From the NCBI RefSeq assembly GCF_006345805.1, contig NC_043022.1, positions 22,134,001 to 22,198,000 of the forward strand: DNA of 64,000 nt, read 5' to 3'. The position numbers were made by a program, and so were the translations under genes. The notes beneath the pieces are model-generated. The model was not told the DNA's origin. It saw only the letters and a list, made by a program, of their open reading frames with translations, and searched no databases. Source of the DNA: Octopus sinensis (taxonomy: Eukaryota). Shown here piece after piece: positions 24,948 to 37,384 of the stretch. Every line of letters starts with the position of its first letter. Positions within the stretch are counted from its first letter, which is position 1.

Positions 24948-25785
24948 CAGTATAGTATACTGTATAGTAGTACTGTCTGCATATTTATATTATAATAGGT
25001 CAGATCTTATTATTCCAATGTGTTTGACACCAGAAATTAAGAAGCCAAAACAGATACATATAGTGATTAACCCATTAGTGTTCACATTATTCTACCAAAA
25101 TTAATGCTTCTTTATCCACATTGTTTTGAACTAATCATGTATTATCTTGTAGCTATGAGATTTTGATGAGGTAGCTGTTAGTTTTTAAAACGATATTGTA
25201 GGGTTGGTGTGAGAGACCAGATCTGGCCTGTTTGAACATAAAACAGGCAGAATACTTTTGGCCGGATATGGCCGGTTTAAATGCTAAAGGGTTAAGGAAA
25301 AAAATACATATATACAAATACATATACATATGATGGCTGATCAATAAGTATCCAGACTGTTGCCATAGTAACGAAGCTAAAACATGGGTGCACTTGACTT
25401 GATGGGTCTTCTTAAGCAGAGCACATCGCTAAAGGTCTTGGGCACTAGTCATTGCCTCTGTGAGGTTCAGAGTTCGAAGGTAATGCTTCACTGCCTCATC
25501 CCAGGTCTTCCTGGGTCTATGTCTACCACAGGTCCCCTCTACGGCTTTACTCTACATGCTTTACCTTCGTTACTATGGCAACAGTCCTTCTGGCATACAT
25601 ATCTTTTACTTTTACATATATATATTATTTATATCTAAATCTTATCTATATTTGTAAATCACATGTTCCATGTCAGATACTGGAGTGATATTTGATCACA
25701 TATCTCTCTCTCTCTCTCTCTCTCTCTCCCTACATATATACATATATATATATTATATATATATATATATAATATATATATATAT

Positions 25786-25838
<53 letters not shown>

Positions 25839-26268
25839 GTCTGGAGCCTCACAGCTCAATAAATTTTTTACACGCAGGCGTGGCTGTGTGGTAAGAAGCT
25901 TGTTTCTCAACCACATGGTTCTGGGTTCAGTCCCACTCTGGTGCACCTTGGGCGAGTGTCTTCTATTTTAATCTCAGGCCGACCAAAGCCTTGTGAGTGG
26001 ATTTGGTAAGACTGAAAGAATCCTGTTGTACATATATATATTTGTGTGTGTGTGTGTGTGTATCTGTCTCTGTCTCCCCGCCATCGCTTTGACAACCGAT
26101 GTTGGTGTGTTTATGTCCCCATAATGATTCGGCAAAAGAGACTGACAGAATAAGTACTAGGCTTACAAAGAATAAGTCCTGGGGTCGATTTGTTTGATTA
26201 AAGGTGGTGCTCCAGCATGGCCCCAGTCAAATGACTGAAACAAGTAAAAGAGAAAGAATATACATACA

Positions 26269-26315
<47 letters not shown>

Positions 26316-26342
26316 CACACAACACACACACACCATATATAT

Positions 26343-29115
26343 ATATTGAGCTTGGCTCTTCGTCCCTCCAACGGCGCGCTGACATTATCATCAAACCGGC
26401 TGACAAGGGTGGAGCTGTAGTGGTGTGGCGCGCGGACCTCTATAGGGCCGAGGCTTTCCGCCAACTCAATGACACCTCCTTCTATTCCCCTCTGCCCTCT
26501 AACCCCACACGTAGCTACCAACAGACGGTATCCTCTACCGTCCAAGACCTCATCTCGTCCTCCCGTCTCCCCCCGCACCGCATCCAACCTAATTGTGCGA
26601 ACCCCACGTACCCCCACCATTTACTCCTCCCCAAAATCCACAAACCCAAAACCCTGGCCGCCCCATCGTCTCCGCCTGTAACTGCCCCACGGAGCTCATC
26701 TCTAAATACCTTGACCGTGTCCTTGCCCCCCTAGTGGCATCTCTTCCCTCCCACATCCACGATACCAACCATGCTCTCCGGCTTTTCAACTCTTTCTCCT
26801 TTCCTCCCGGCCTCCAAAATCCTTTTTACTATGGACATCCAAAGCCTCTATACTGTTATCCCTCACCACGAAGGACTGCAGGCCCTTCGACACTTTCTTG
26901 ACCTCCGCTCTAACCCTGTACCTGACACCTCCACACTCATTGTCTGGCCGAACTTGTCCTTACTCTGAACTGCTTCTCGTTCGCGGGCGAGTTCTACCAT
27001 CAGGTCTCGGGAGTGGCCATGGGAACGCGAATGGGCCCCAACTATGCGAACCTGTTCGTTGGCTATGTTGAGGCCCAAATATTCTCTAATTTCACTGGTC
27101 CCACTCCTGAACTATATGGTCGTTATATTGACGACATTATCGGTGCCACCTCACTCTCCGCGAGCATCTAGATTCCTTCCTCTCTTTCGTCCAATCTTTC
27201 ATCCAGCCCTCCACTTCACTTCCACTATCTCCAACACCTCTGTCTCCTTCCTCGACATTCGGTTAGCATTCTTCACTCCACTCTTACCACCTCCATTCTC
27301 TACAAACACACAGACTCACACTCATACCTCAACTTCTCTTCCTCCCACCCAGAACACACCAAGCTTTCCATCCCCTATTCCCAATTCCTCCGTCTACGTA
27401 GGCTCTGTAGTGACGACCATGACTTTGAGACTCAGTCTCAACGTATGGCTCACCACTTCACCCTACGTGGATACCCCCTCACCACTATCCACACCGCCCT
27501 TGCCAGAGCACGGTCCGTGGACCGTGTATCTGCTCTCTCTCCCCGAACCCGCCCTGTAGTCTCCCGCCTCCCTTTTCCCCTCACTTACCACCCCACGACC
27601 TATACGTCTCCAACGCACCATTCTTCGAGCTTTCCGTCATCTCCAGTCCGACCCGTCCACTTCACACCTCTTCCCTAACCGACCCCTCCCCTCTTTCAAA
27701 CGAGCCCACAACCTTCGAGACCTTTTGGTCCATAGCTCCTTCCCTGACCCTACCTCCCAACCCGGCTCGTTCCCCTGCTCCCGCCCACGTTGCCGCACTT
27801 GCCCTTACCTCTCCAACACCACCCGCCTCACTAGCACCCACCATCGACCCTATCCCATCATCCACTCCTTCACCTGCACCTCCAGCAATATTATCTATTG
27901 CATCTCTTGCTCTCTCTGCAATTCCTTGTACATCGGACAAACGGGACGCCGCTTGGCTGACCGGTTCGCGGAACACCTTCGTGACATCCACCTTGCGAAC
28001 GACACACGGTCTCACGCCATTTCCGCTCCACCGGTCACTCCTTGCAACACCTATCTGTGTTCGGTTTGTCCTTACACAGAGGCCATCCGGATTCCCGTTT
28101 GCGCCGTGAACAAGAATTAATCTTCTCTCTTCGCTCTATACGCCATTTGGTCTCAACTCTCCCCCCTCCTCATCTAACTCCCCTCCTCCCCCCTCCTCAC
28201 CTATCCTTTCCCCCCGACCCCTACTTCTTCAGTCCTTCATCCTTTCACCCCTACTCCCTTCCCTTCTTCCCTTTCTCCCTCCCTCTTCCCCTTCCTCTGC
28301 TCCCTCAATCCTCCTCTCCCCTCTCCCTCTTTCCTCCTTCATCCCCCTCCTCCCCTTCCTTCTCCCCCATCCTCTCCTCTCCCCTTCTCTCCCTCTTCTT
28401 CCCCTCCCCTTCTCTCCCCCCCTTTTCCTCACTACACCACATGACCTTACACATCACATCACATATGATGTGCCATACTAATACATACACCAACGAAAAC
28501 ATATAATACGTACTAATACATACTAGTACATACTAATACTTACACCAACCCTATACATACACATGTCCAGACCCCGCATACGCACTTATACTCTCTCACA
28601 CACACACACACATACCTATACATACCAATACGTACTAATACATACTAATACATACTAATACATACACCAACCCCATACATACGCACGTCCAGACAATCTT
28701 ACGCACTAATACTCTCTCATACACACACACACACACACACACCCTTATACATACTAATACATACACCACCCTATACATACACACATCCAGACCCCTCCCA
28801 CGCACTTTTAGCTGGTCCCTCAACCCTTTTATCAACCCTATTATCTCCCTTATTTCGCTCTCGCGTCTCATGTTTGATCTTTGACCTCTGGCCGAAATCA
28901 GATCGCCATGTTGATTCGTTAGCTACTGCACGCATTTTTTTTCTCTCCTTCTTTCTGTGTTTTTCTCTCTCTGTGTATCTTTCTGTTGAAGAGCGTAGGC
29001 TCGAAACGTTAAAGACTTGTTTTATTTATATTTCCTGAGCGCCATACTAATACAATTGTTCGTTTGTTTTCCACCTGCCTTCGTCTTTTGTTTATTTTCA
29101 TAAAGCTTCCCGTTA
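26343..29115 (+). mobile_element. Penelope-like retroelement (RT + GIY-YIG), 5'-truncated and frameshifted, with 3' tandem repeats and hammerhead-bearing pLTR-like end
   Basis: Stitched frames give IIKPADKGGAVVVW, LLPKIHKP..PGRPIVS, TMDIQSLYTVIPH, GVAMGTRMGPNYANLF, YGRYIDD, SIPYSQFLRLRRLCS, SNIIYCISC..C..LYIGQTGRRLADRFAEH. C/T-rich tract 28150-28430, ~110-bp tandem units 28480-28810, hammerhead-like motif 28978-29015, flanked by (TA)n. Confidence 0.93.
28978..29015 (+). ncRNA. Minimal type-I hammerhead-like motif in Penelope 3' pLTR
   Basis: TCTTT-CTGTTGA-A-GAGC(GTAG)GCTC-GAAACGTT-AAAGA: stem I TCTTT/AAAGA, stem II GAGC/GCTC, palindromic AACGTT. Core A6 is replaced by U. Confidence 0.65.
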
Positions 29116-29548
29116 TATATATACATACATATATACACATAATTACATGTTTATATATATATGTATGTATGTATCTTTGGATGATGATGATGATGACGAC
29201 AGGAGAAGATAAATTTTCAAAAAACAAAGGCACAAATTTAACTACAAAAAATATCATTTCATTTAAATACCAGAAATAAATACTGAAGTAATTAAACAAA
29301 TAATATTCAAAATTACTTATTAAAGGACAATATATGGCTTGAACACAATAGCAACACAATTTATATTATGCCATTATATGAACATGAAGAAAAAAAAAAA
29401 TTACATTTTATTCAATGACTTGGAACAATGAAATGAAAATAAAAGCGTTAAATCAGTCATTTAATGAAGTTTCTTTGGAAATATATATAAGTGTATAGTC
29501 AAAATTTACAGAAAACAAAAATACACATAACTCTCTATCTCTCTCTCT

Positions 29549-29625
<77 letters not shown>

Positions 29626-30365
29626 GGAGGCGCAGTGGCCCAGTGGTTAGGGCAGTGGACTCGCGGTCGTAGGATCGCGGTTTCGATTCCCAGACCGGGC
29701 GTTGTGAGTGTTTATTGAGCGAAAACACCTAAAGCTCCACAAGGCTCTGGCAGGGGATAGTGGCGATCCCTGCTGTACTCTTTCACCACAACTTTCTCTC
29801 ACTCTTTCTTCTGCCGGCCTGCTTGCTTAGCCAGCGGGGTGGCGTCATTTGAAGGCTAAAACAATGCAAAGTGCATTGTGACCAGCGATGTGTAGCAGCA
29901 TATGATAGCCTGGTTGTTCACGTGACGTGACATGACATATATATATATTGATAGAAATGGTAAGACAACAAAAGAATGAAAGAGGCCTCGATATAATGTA
30001 AATAGGGGAATTTATCTGTAAATATAATATGTGACAATTATTCAGTAGCCAGGATAAAACTCCGAGTTTCAGATGTCGGGGCGGAAACTCATGCCGCCAT
30101 CTGTCCAGTAAGAGAGTAAAAATGTTCATAGTATTCGTGTAAGCATACATGTCCATACATACACATGCGTGCCTGTACACCCACATGTGTATGTATGGAC
30201 ATGCGTGCTTACGCGAATACAATGAACATTTTTACTCCCTTACCTTTACTCCCTCCCCTAATTTAGCGGTCATTCTAATAGCTCTTTTGTCTTAATAACG
30301 GTCAATCACACAGTAATTTCCCTTTGCTTAAAGGTCATTTTCATAGCATTTTTTTTCGATGGCCT

Positions 30366-30426
30366 GATAACTGAAGAGATAATGGCATGGGTTTCCGCCA
30401 CGACATCCGAAACTTGGAGTTTTATC
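30366..30426 (+). ncRNA. Hammerhead-like motif with canonical core in inverted pair 29950-30455
   Basis: GATAA-CTGAAGA-[stem II with TGGC/GCCA hairpin]-C-GAA-ACTT(G)GAGT-T-TTATC. A partial minus-strand copy lies at about 30055-30100. Confidence 0.6.
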
Positions 30427-30499
30427 ATGGCTACCGAATAATTGTCACATATTATATATATATATATATATATGTGTGTATGTATGTATGTATATATAC

Positions 30500-30549
<50 letters not shown>

Positions 30550-33500
30550 CGGGAAGCTTTACACACATACATACATACACACATATATGTATATACATAC
30601 ACACATGTAGTCAATACATAGAGTGCTTATATTTTATTTCAAGTTGAAGCCTCTTGAAACATAACTTAGTTTCATATTCCATTTGGTTCAAATTAAATCC
30701 TTTGCACAGGTTATCAAGTTATGAGCTACAAAGTTATTCAGAAGTTTAAACTTTACACACACAGACACACACAACCACAAACACACATGTTGATTGCCAT
30801 TGCTTATCAGAAGAGTGCCTCTCTTCACTGGACATTGCACAATCATGTACATGCAGGTGGCTCTTCAGCCCAGATTTCTGTTCTGCAGGAACATTCACAG
30901 ATATGACACTTGTTTCTCTTTCCAGTACAAGTGTACCATAGAGTGTGTTACAGTAGAACTATTTCACAAGCAGCTTGATTCCTACCTGGCTCATGTGACT
31001 TCAGGTTGCAGAAAAAAACTCAGCTCTTGAGAAGATAAATTGTTCACATATATTGCACCTGTAAATTTGAACTATATACATTCCTGCTGGGTTTCTTCAG
31101 GTATTGTACTTAAGATAAGGTCTACTATCAAAGAGATAAGTATAAGAAAATCTCGTGGTTTGGATAGAACACCAGTTGTGCTGATTTGCTTTGAAGGAGA
31201 TAATGTTGCTATATACTTTTCTACGCGAGGCACAAGGCCCGAAATTTTTGGGAAGGGTGCCAGTCGATTAGATCAACCCCAGTACACAACTGGTACTTAA
31301 TTTATCAACCCCCGAAGGGAAGAAAGGCAAAGTCAACCTTGGTGGAATTTGAACTCAGAACCTAAAGACAAACGAAATACCACTAAGCATTTCGCCCGGT
31401 GTGCTAACGTTTCTGCCAGCTCGTCAATAATGTTGCTATATAACCAGTTATATCTGGAAGGCATAACAAATCTGTCCTATAAGATTGGGTAGATGTAACT
31501 ATGCTTTCCATTTACAAAGGCAAGGGCTCCGAATGTGGTGGTTATTGAGGTATAAAATCGCTCAAATTGGTAATTTTCGTTATCCCAGAAACAGCTGTAA
31601 GACTTCAAATTCACCTTACTGTAACTGAATTATTCTAAATGACTTGAGACACACACATACTCTACATGCACATGTGCATACAAACTTTCTGCCTTGGTTT
31701 TGATGTTCCCTCTAATAATATATATATACATGGTATAAAGATCTCTAACATGGATCCCTAGATCCACCCTTAGCTGTGATCTTAGAACCTAATGGTTGAC
31801 CAACTATAGCACTTACCCAGCGTATCTATTCATTTAGATCACAAGTGAACTAAAGCCCCTCATATTCTTGATACATACATACACACACACACACATACAT
31901 ATATATATCCGAGAGTGATCGTTGCCAGATCAAGATTGAAGCCTGGTGCAGCCATCTGGTTCGCCAGCCCACAGTCAAACCGTCCAACCCATGCTAGCAT
32001 GGAAAGCAGACGTTAAACGATGATGATGATGATATATACACACACACACATATGAATATACATATATATATGCAGGTTCAAGATTCATGTAATTTTAAAT
32101 TACTTGTTGAGGACTTTAATTGATTCATAGTTAGTTAATTTAAGATGTGTTTTGTGGAATCCATGTGTGTCTAGTTAACACACATACGGACATATAGTTG
32201 AACACACAAACAGATAATTTGTATTGAAAAAATGTCAGTCAACATGATGCAAGCAACTAAAACCACATCAATATAGCGTTCTGCCATATGACTTTCATGT
32301 TAGATAGACATATACATACTCTACATGCACATACAAACATATGTACATACACAACACATGAATATATGTGTACATGTATATGTACACACACACATGCATG
32401 CACACACACACATGTACACTCACACCTTACTTTGTGAGTCAACAAAGAAGCCTTTATGTATTGTTCACTTGCTGAAAACAGTTGGCAAATCTCCCTCATA
32501 ATCAGTCTTATCTCGTATATAACACAACTGTCTTCAACAAGGAAGGATATATTGGGTGGTGTCCTAGATAGACAATGCCTGAAAAGAAAACAAAGCTGCA
32601 TGCCTACATACATCAATACACATGCCTACCTGTACTAACATATGATTAACCCTCCAGCATTTAAACCAGCCGTGTCTGGCCCAAATATTCTACCTGTTTC
32701 GTGTTCAAACTAACCATATCCAGTATCTCACACTTACCCTGTAATGTCAGCTTTAAAATAAACAATTACGGTGGCACGTTAAAAGCACCAACCGATCGTG
32801 GCCGATGCCAGATCCCCCTGGCACTTGTGCAGGTGGCACGTAAAAAGCACCCACTACACTCGCGGAGTGGTTGGCGTTAGGAAGGGCATCCAGCTGTAGA
32901 AACACTGCCTGATCAGACTGGAGCCTGGTGCAGCCCTGGCTTCCCAGACCCCGGTCGAACCGTCCAACCCATGCTAGCATGGAAAACGGACGTTAAACGA
33001 TGATGATGATGATGATGAATTACATCTTCAAAATCTCTAAGCTACAAGATAATACATGATTAGTTTTGAAAAATGTGAATAAATAAGCGTTACAATTGAT
33101 AGAGTAATCTGAATGCTAAAGGGTCAAACTGGGTTTCTGTTAGTTTCAACAAGGAGTGTCATCATTTTAAAATCAATTGAAGTATATAACTGCAAATGCC
33201 CGAGTATTCCACAGACAGGAGTGGCTGTGTGGTAAGTAGCTTGCTAACCAACCACATGGTTCCGGGTTCAGTCCCACTGCGTGGCATCTTGGGCAAGTGT
33301 CTTCTGCTATAGCCCCAGGCCGACCAATGCCTTGTGAGTGGATTTGGTAGACGGAAACTGAAAGAAGCCTGTCGTATATATGTATATATTTATATATATG
33401 TATGTGTGTCTGTGTTTGTCCCCCTAGCATTGCTTGACAACCGATGCTGGTGTATTTACGTCCCCGTCACTTAGCGGTTCGGCAAAAGGGACCGATGGAA

Positions 33501-34440
33501 TAAGTACTGGGTTTACAAAGAATAAGTCCCGGGGTCGATTTGCTCAACTAAAGGCAGTGCTTCAGCATGGCCGCAGTCAAATGACTGAAACAAGTAAAAG
33601 AGTAAAAAGAGAGAAAGAGACACATGTACCTGTAACATTATTCTGTGGTAGAATCACTGGGATACATTTTTTGACAACTCTAACAGTTTGAATTCTGAGT
33701 TCAGTCCTGGTGAAAGATGCCACACCTTAGGATGGAACATAGGGATTCATGACTGCAAACGAAGCTTCTCAACCACAGGCCCATGCTTGGGTTCATTTCC
33801 AAAGTCTACTCTGGAGGTAAGTTCACAGTTTGATCCTACTGCATGGAATTTTGGAAAGTGTCTTCGATCATAGAACTAGATTGACTCAAATCTTCTGAGT
33901 GAAATTAGATGGAAACTGAGTGGAAATTAAATAGATGGAAGCTGATGGAGTGTACCTGAAACACAAAGATCCAACCCTGTCACATACAGAGAACCACATT
34001 GAACCGATTCTACCAGAAAAATGTTAAGAGTTTGTAGAATACTCAGTCAAATGCATTTAATTGAGGAATTTAAATAATCAAAGAATTGGAATATACTCAA
34101 CAATGAAGCCAACAGAGGATTCATTTATTAACAATAAACATGCCTAGATACATTGACAAACACCACAACACTGAATCCATAAGCCTGTTGTATGTATATG
34201 TATATATATATATATATATATATACCGGAGTAAACACATAAACAAGGTGGAAAAAAAGAGTACTCAAATACCAGGGGGAGAGTAATATTTTTATTTAAAA
34301 GCAGCAGAAATTCAACAAAACTGAATTGAATTTCTGCTACTTTTAAATAAAGTATATATATATATATATACCGGAGTAAACACATAAATGTGAAACAAGG
34401 TGGAAAAAAGAGTACTCAAATACCAGTGGTATAGTCATGC

Positions 34441-34624
34441 TTTATTTAAAGCAGCAGAAAATTCAACAAAACCTGTTACTCTGAGTTTCCCGTTGCCGTT
34501 CGTCGGACAGTTTTTGCTAGAATGGAACCAATATCGGTTCCATTCTAGCAAAAACTGTCCGACGAACGGCAACAAGAAACTCAGAGTAACAGGTTTTGTT
34601 GAATTTTCTGCTGCTTTAAATAAA
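34441..34624. mobile_element. Near-perfect 89-bp-arm palindrome carrying opposed hammerhead-like motifs
   Basis: Arms 34441-34529 and 34536-34624 with 2 mismatches. Motif GCAAAAACTGT-CCGACGA-ACG(GCAA)CGG-GAA-ACTC(A)GAGT-A-ACAGGTTTTGT. A shorter sibling hairpin lies at 34290-34351. Confidence 0.75.
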
Positions 34625-34658
<34 letters not shown>

Positions 34659-35269
34659 TTGTATGTGATGTGTTGTGAATTTATGGAAAGAAATCCCATA
34701 AAACTCAACAATTTTGTTAAAAATGGAGAAGAGAAGATGTTAATATATATAAGAGAATTTTAATTCTTGCAGGTGATCATTTCATAAGTTTGTAGAGAGA
34801 AAAACAATAAAGACTTGATGTTCCAAGATTGCCTTTACATCTCATCAGAAAAAAATAAATATCCAATTGGAAAACATGTTCTCCCTCAGAAGAAGTCAGT
34901 CCTAAAATGTCATATTGAATTTTCCCTCCCACATGGCACAGAAACTTATCTCCACATTCATTAATTTTGTTGCATAATTTCTGATGATGCACAAACCACT
35001 ACCAGTTTCCTAACACATGCTTACATACATTGATACATCAATACACGTGCTTATATACACAAACATATTTACTACATACTTACACATGCATACTAAATAC
35101 ATAAACACACACATAGACAGTGGAAACAGTGAGTAAAACTTAAAATGCTAAGTCATGTAAATGCCCATCTCAATTATGTAAATACCCCCTCTGTGATGTA
35201 AAGTATCCCCTCAGTTACATGATGCACCTCATTCAGTTATGCAAACGACAAGTGATCTAGTTGATCAGA

Positions 35270-36060
35270 CAGGCAGTTCCATTTCATCCAGTGTTCTCTT
35301 GAAGTTGACATTTTTGAGTACTTCTCTAATTTGGGATCTGACAGAAATACCTTCTTTTGACTTCGCCTGTGTGATTTTGGGAAACTCTTTTACAATGCAG
35401 TCAAACCCTCTGGCATTTCTCTTCCCTAGTTTCTTTACAAACTGTTTCATCAGTCGAAGCTTTATATACAAAGGAAGCAATAGGACATTACATGGATCTA
35501 CAAGAGGTGTATTCTTGACACTAGACAGTCCTGGCTGGTATGGTGTTCTTGTCAGCCAGTTTGATTCCAAATAATGTCTGTCAGTTGCCCAACTATCCCA
35601 TAGACACAAGAAACAACAGTATTTTGTGAAACCTGACTGCATTCCCATTAACATTCCAATGATTTTTTAAATTTCCACACATTTTCCATGAGTATCTTTC
35701 ATAGGCAAATGACACGAAGTAAAAGTTCCATATTCTCATATAATTCACGAAGATGAATTGAGTGTGCAATAGGAATGGAGGGTTTCAAATTACCATTATG
35801 GAGAAGTACAGCTTTTAAACTTCATTTTGAAGAGTCAATAAACAAATACCACTCTGCAGGATCATGATTTTGTAATAAACATTCAAAAAGTCCGTTGATG
35901 TTACTGCAAAAGCAAAGTGGGCCTTCGACAGAAAAACACGTTTGTAGAACCACAGTTCTCTACTGAAAATAGGTTACACGAACACTGTGCTCTAGCAGAT
36001 GCTTTTCCTTCAGTCTTGTTGCCAACAGTTCTGCTTTATCTTTTGAGAGGGCTAGAATGT
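35270..36060 (-). mobile_element. Chapaev3-like (CMC superfamily) transposase relic
   Basis: KAELLATRLK..; HDPAEWYLFIDSSK*SLKAVLLHNGN; LMGMQSGFTKYCCFLCLWDS; LLPLYIKLRLMKQFVK; FPKITQAKSKEGISVRSQIRE. Confidence 0.8.
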
Positions 36061-36759
36061 ACAATGCTAGAAATGATTAGAGTGAGGTTGGCACCAGACA
36101 GAGGGTTTGGTAGGATGAGGTTGGCACCAAGGGAGAGAGAGGGAGTATATGCTGGTGAGATTGGCACCAACAGACTGCTGGTACATACAGGTACGCTGAC
36201 AATATTTCTCACAGAAAACAATTGTTTGGTTAAAAGTTCCAACAAAGAATTCAGATAAATATTTGTTATTTAACTTTACTAAACCTACAAACTCGCTAAA
36301 CCATTGTCAACTAATCTGACCTGAAATTCACACACACACACAGGTATGTGTGCAGGTATGTGAGATGTGTCTTTTGTTGTACATACACACATAATACATA
36401 GAATACACAGCCACTTGATCTACTGGAAATATCAGTCAAATCTCACTCATTTCACATCCTGTCACCTTAAAAAAGGAAGGACACATTGGATAATGTATTC
36501 TCAGTGAAAAGATAGGATGATCACAATTGAAACTGCTTCAAACACAAGTTTGCCTGTTTGAGACTAACTTTGGAATACTCAACCACATACAGAGCTGTCT
36601 TGATCTGTATATGTGTGTGTGTGCTCATGTATGTGCATACTACATAAATGAGTCTTTGTGATTTCATTTGTTAGAGGACAAAAAGGCTTTTGGAGACATT
36701 GCAGGTTATTACAAAGTCCATCCAACTCTTCACCGTAGTGGGGACGCTGGCAACGGGTA

Positions 36760-36827
36760 GTGTCAGAGCTATTCTGTTGGGAACTTTGGTTCCTGGTAGG
36801 GCCACCCAAGGCAGATTGGTCTGACAC
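36760..36827 (+). ncRNA. Structured RNA motif resembling RTE-clade LINE 5' ends, in a ~270-bp GC-rich element (about 36725-36998)
   Basis: GTGTCAGA/TCTGACAC outer stem, CTGTT/GGCAG inner stem, GGGAAC/GTTCC hairpin, GGTAGGGCCACCCAAGGC core. Similarity to Expander/Rex3 and BovB 5' regions is from memory. Confidence 0.5.
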
Positions 36828-37033
36828 AGAGTGGTATTAGGGCCACAATCCGGCAGATGGGGCTCTGGTGAAAATCCTCAGAGTGTCTGCTTTGGCAACC
36901 GGTGGCTCCTCGGTCATTCTGTCCCTGCGTCTGCAGACAATCTGCGGCAAACAGGATGTCTCTACATGCGGGATTGTTGGGGACCGCTTAATGATGACTA
37001 CATTATTTTAATAATTCTTCGTTATATTTAAAA

Positions 37034-37332
37034 CTAGCAGTATCGCCCGGCGTTGCTCAGGTTTGTAAGGGAAATAACTATATAAGCATTTTTAGAGAGT
37101 TATTTCCCTTATATAATAGCAAAAAATGCATTAAAAGTTGGAAAAAATTATGGTAAATATTTTTTTTAAATCGTAGACTCATCGTAGACACGTGCTAATA
37201 CCCAGAAGGGCTCGATATGAATCACGACTATAAGATACCCGCTTTTGGTTATACTGCACCGCAAAATGTGGGAGTAGTTAGGAATCTAAATCGTAGGAGA
37301 CAGACACACAACTTAACTTTTATATATAAAGA
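37034..37332 (-). mobile_element. Non-autonomous Helitron
   Basis: Minus strand A|TCTTTATATATAAAAG ... CCTGAGCAACGCCGGGCGATACTGCTAG|T, with no TSD. Confidence 0.85.
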
Positions 37333-37384
37333 TTAATTGAAAGAAACACAGAGTATCTCAACAGAAATATGGTAATGAAAGGTT

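Noticed and set aside
27662-28015. Minus-strand ORFs over the Penelope region (also 26270-26620, 28229-28502)
   Set aside because: Antisense shadows of a compositionally skewed coding strand and of the pyrimidine tract.
31818-31850. 33-nt exon candidate with GTAAGT donor on the gene strand
   Set aside because: Weak acceptor and an in-frame stop in phase 0.
36840-36910. HDV-like ribozyme starting GGGCCAC
   Set aside because: A P1-like pairing exists (GGGCCAC/GTGGCTC), but I could not fit P3/L3, the GG of J1/4 or J4/2.
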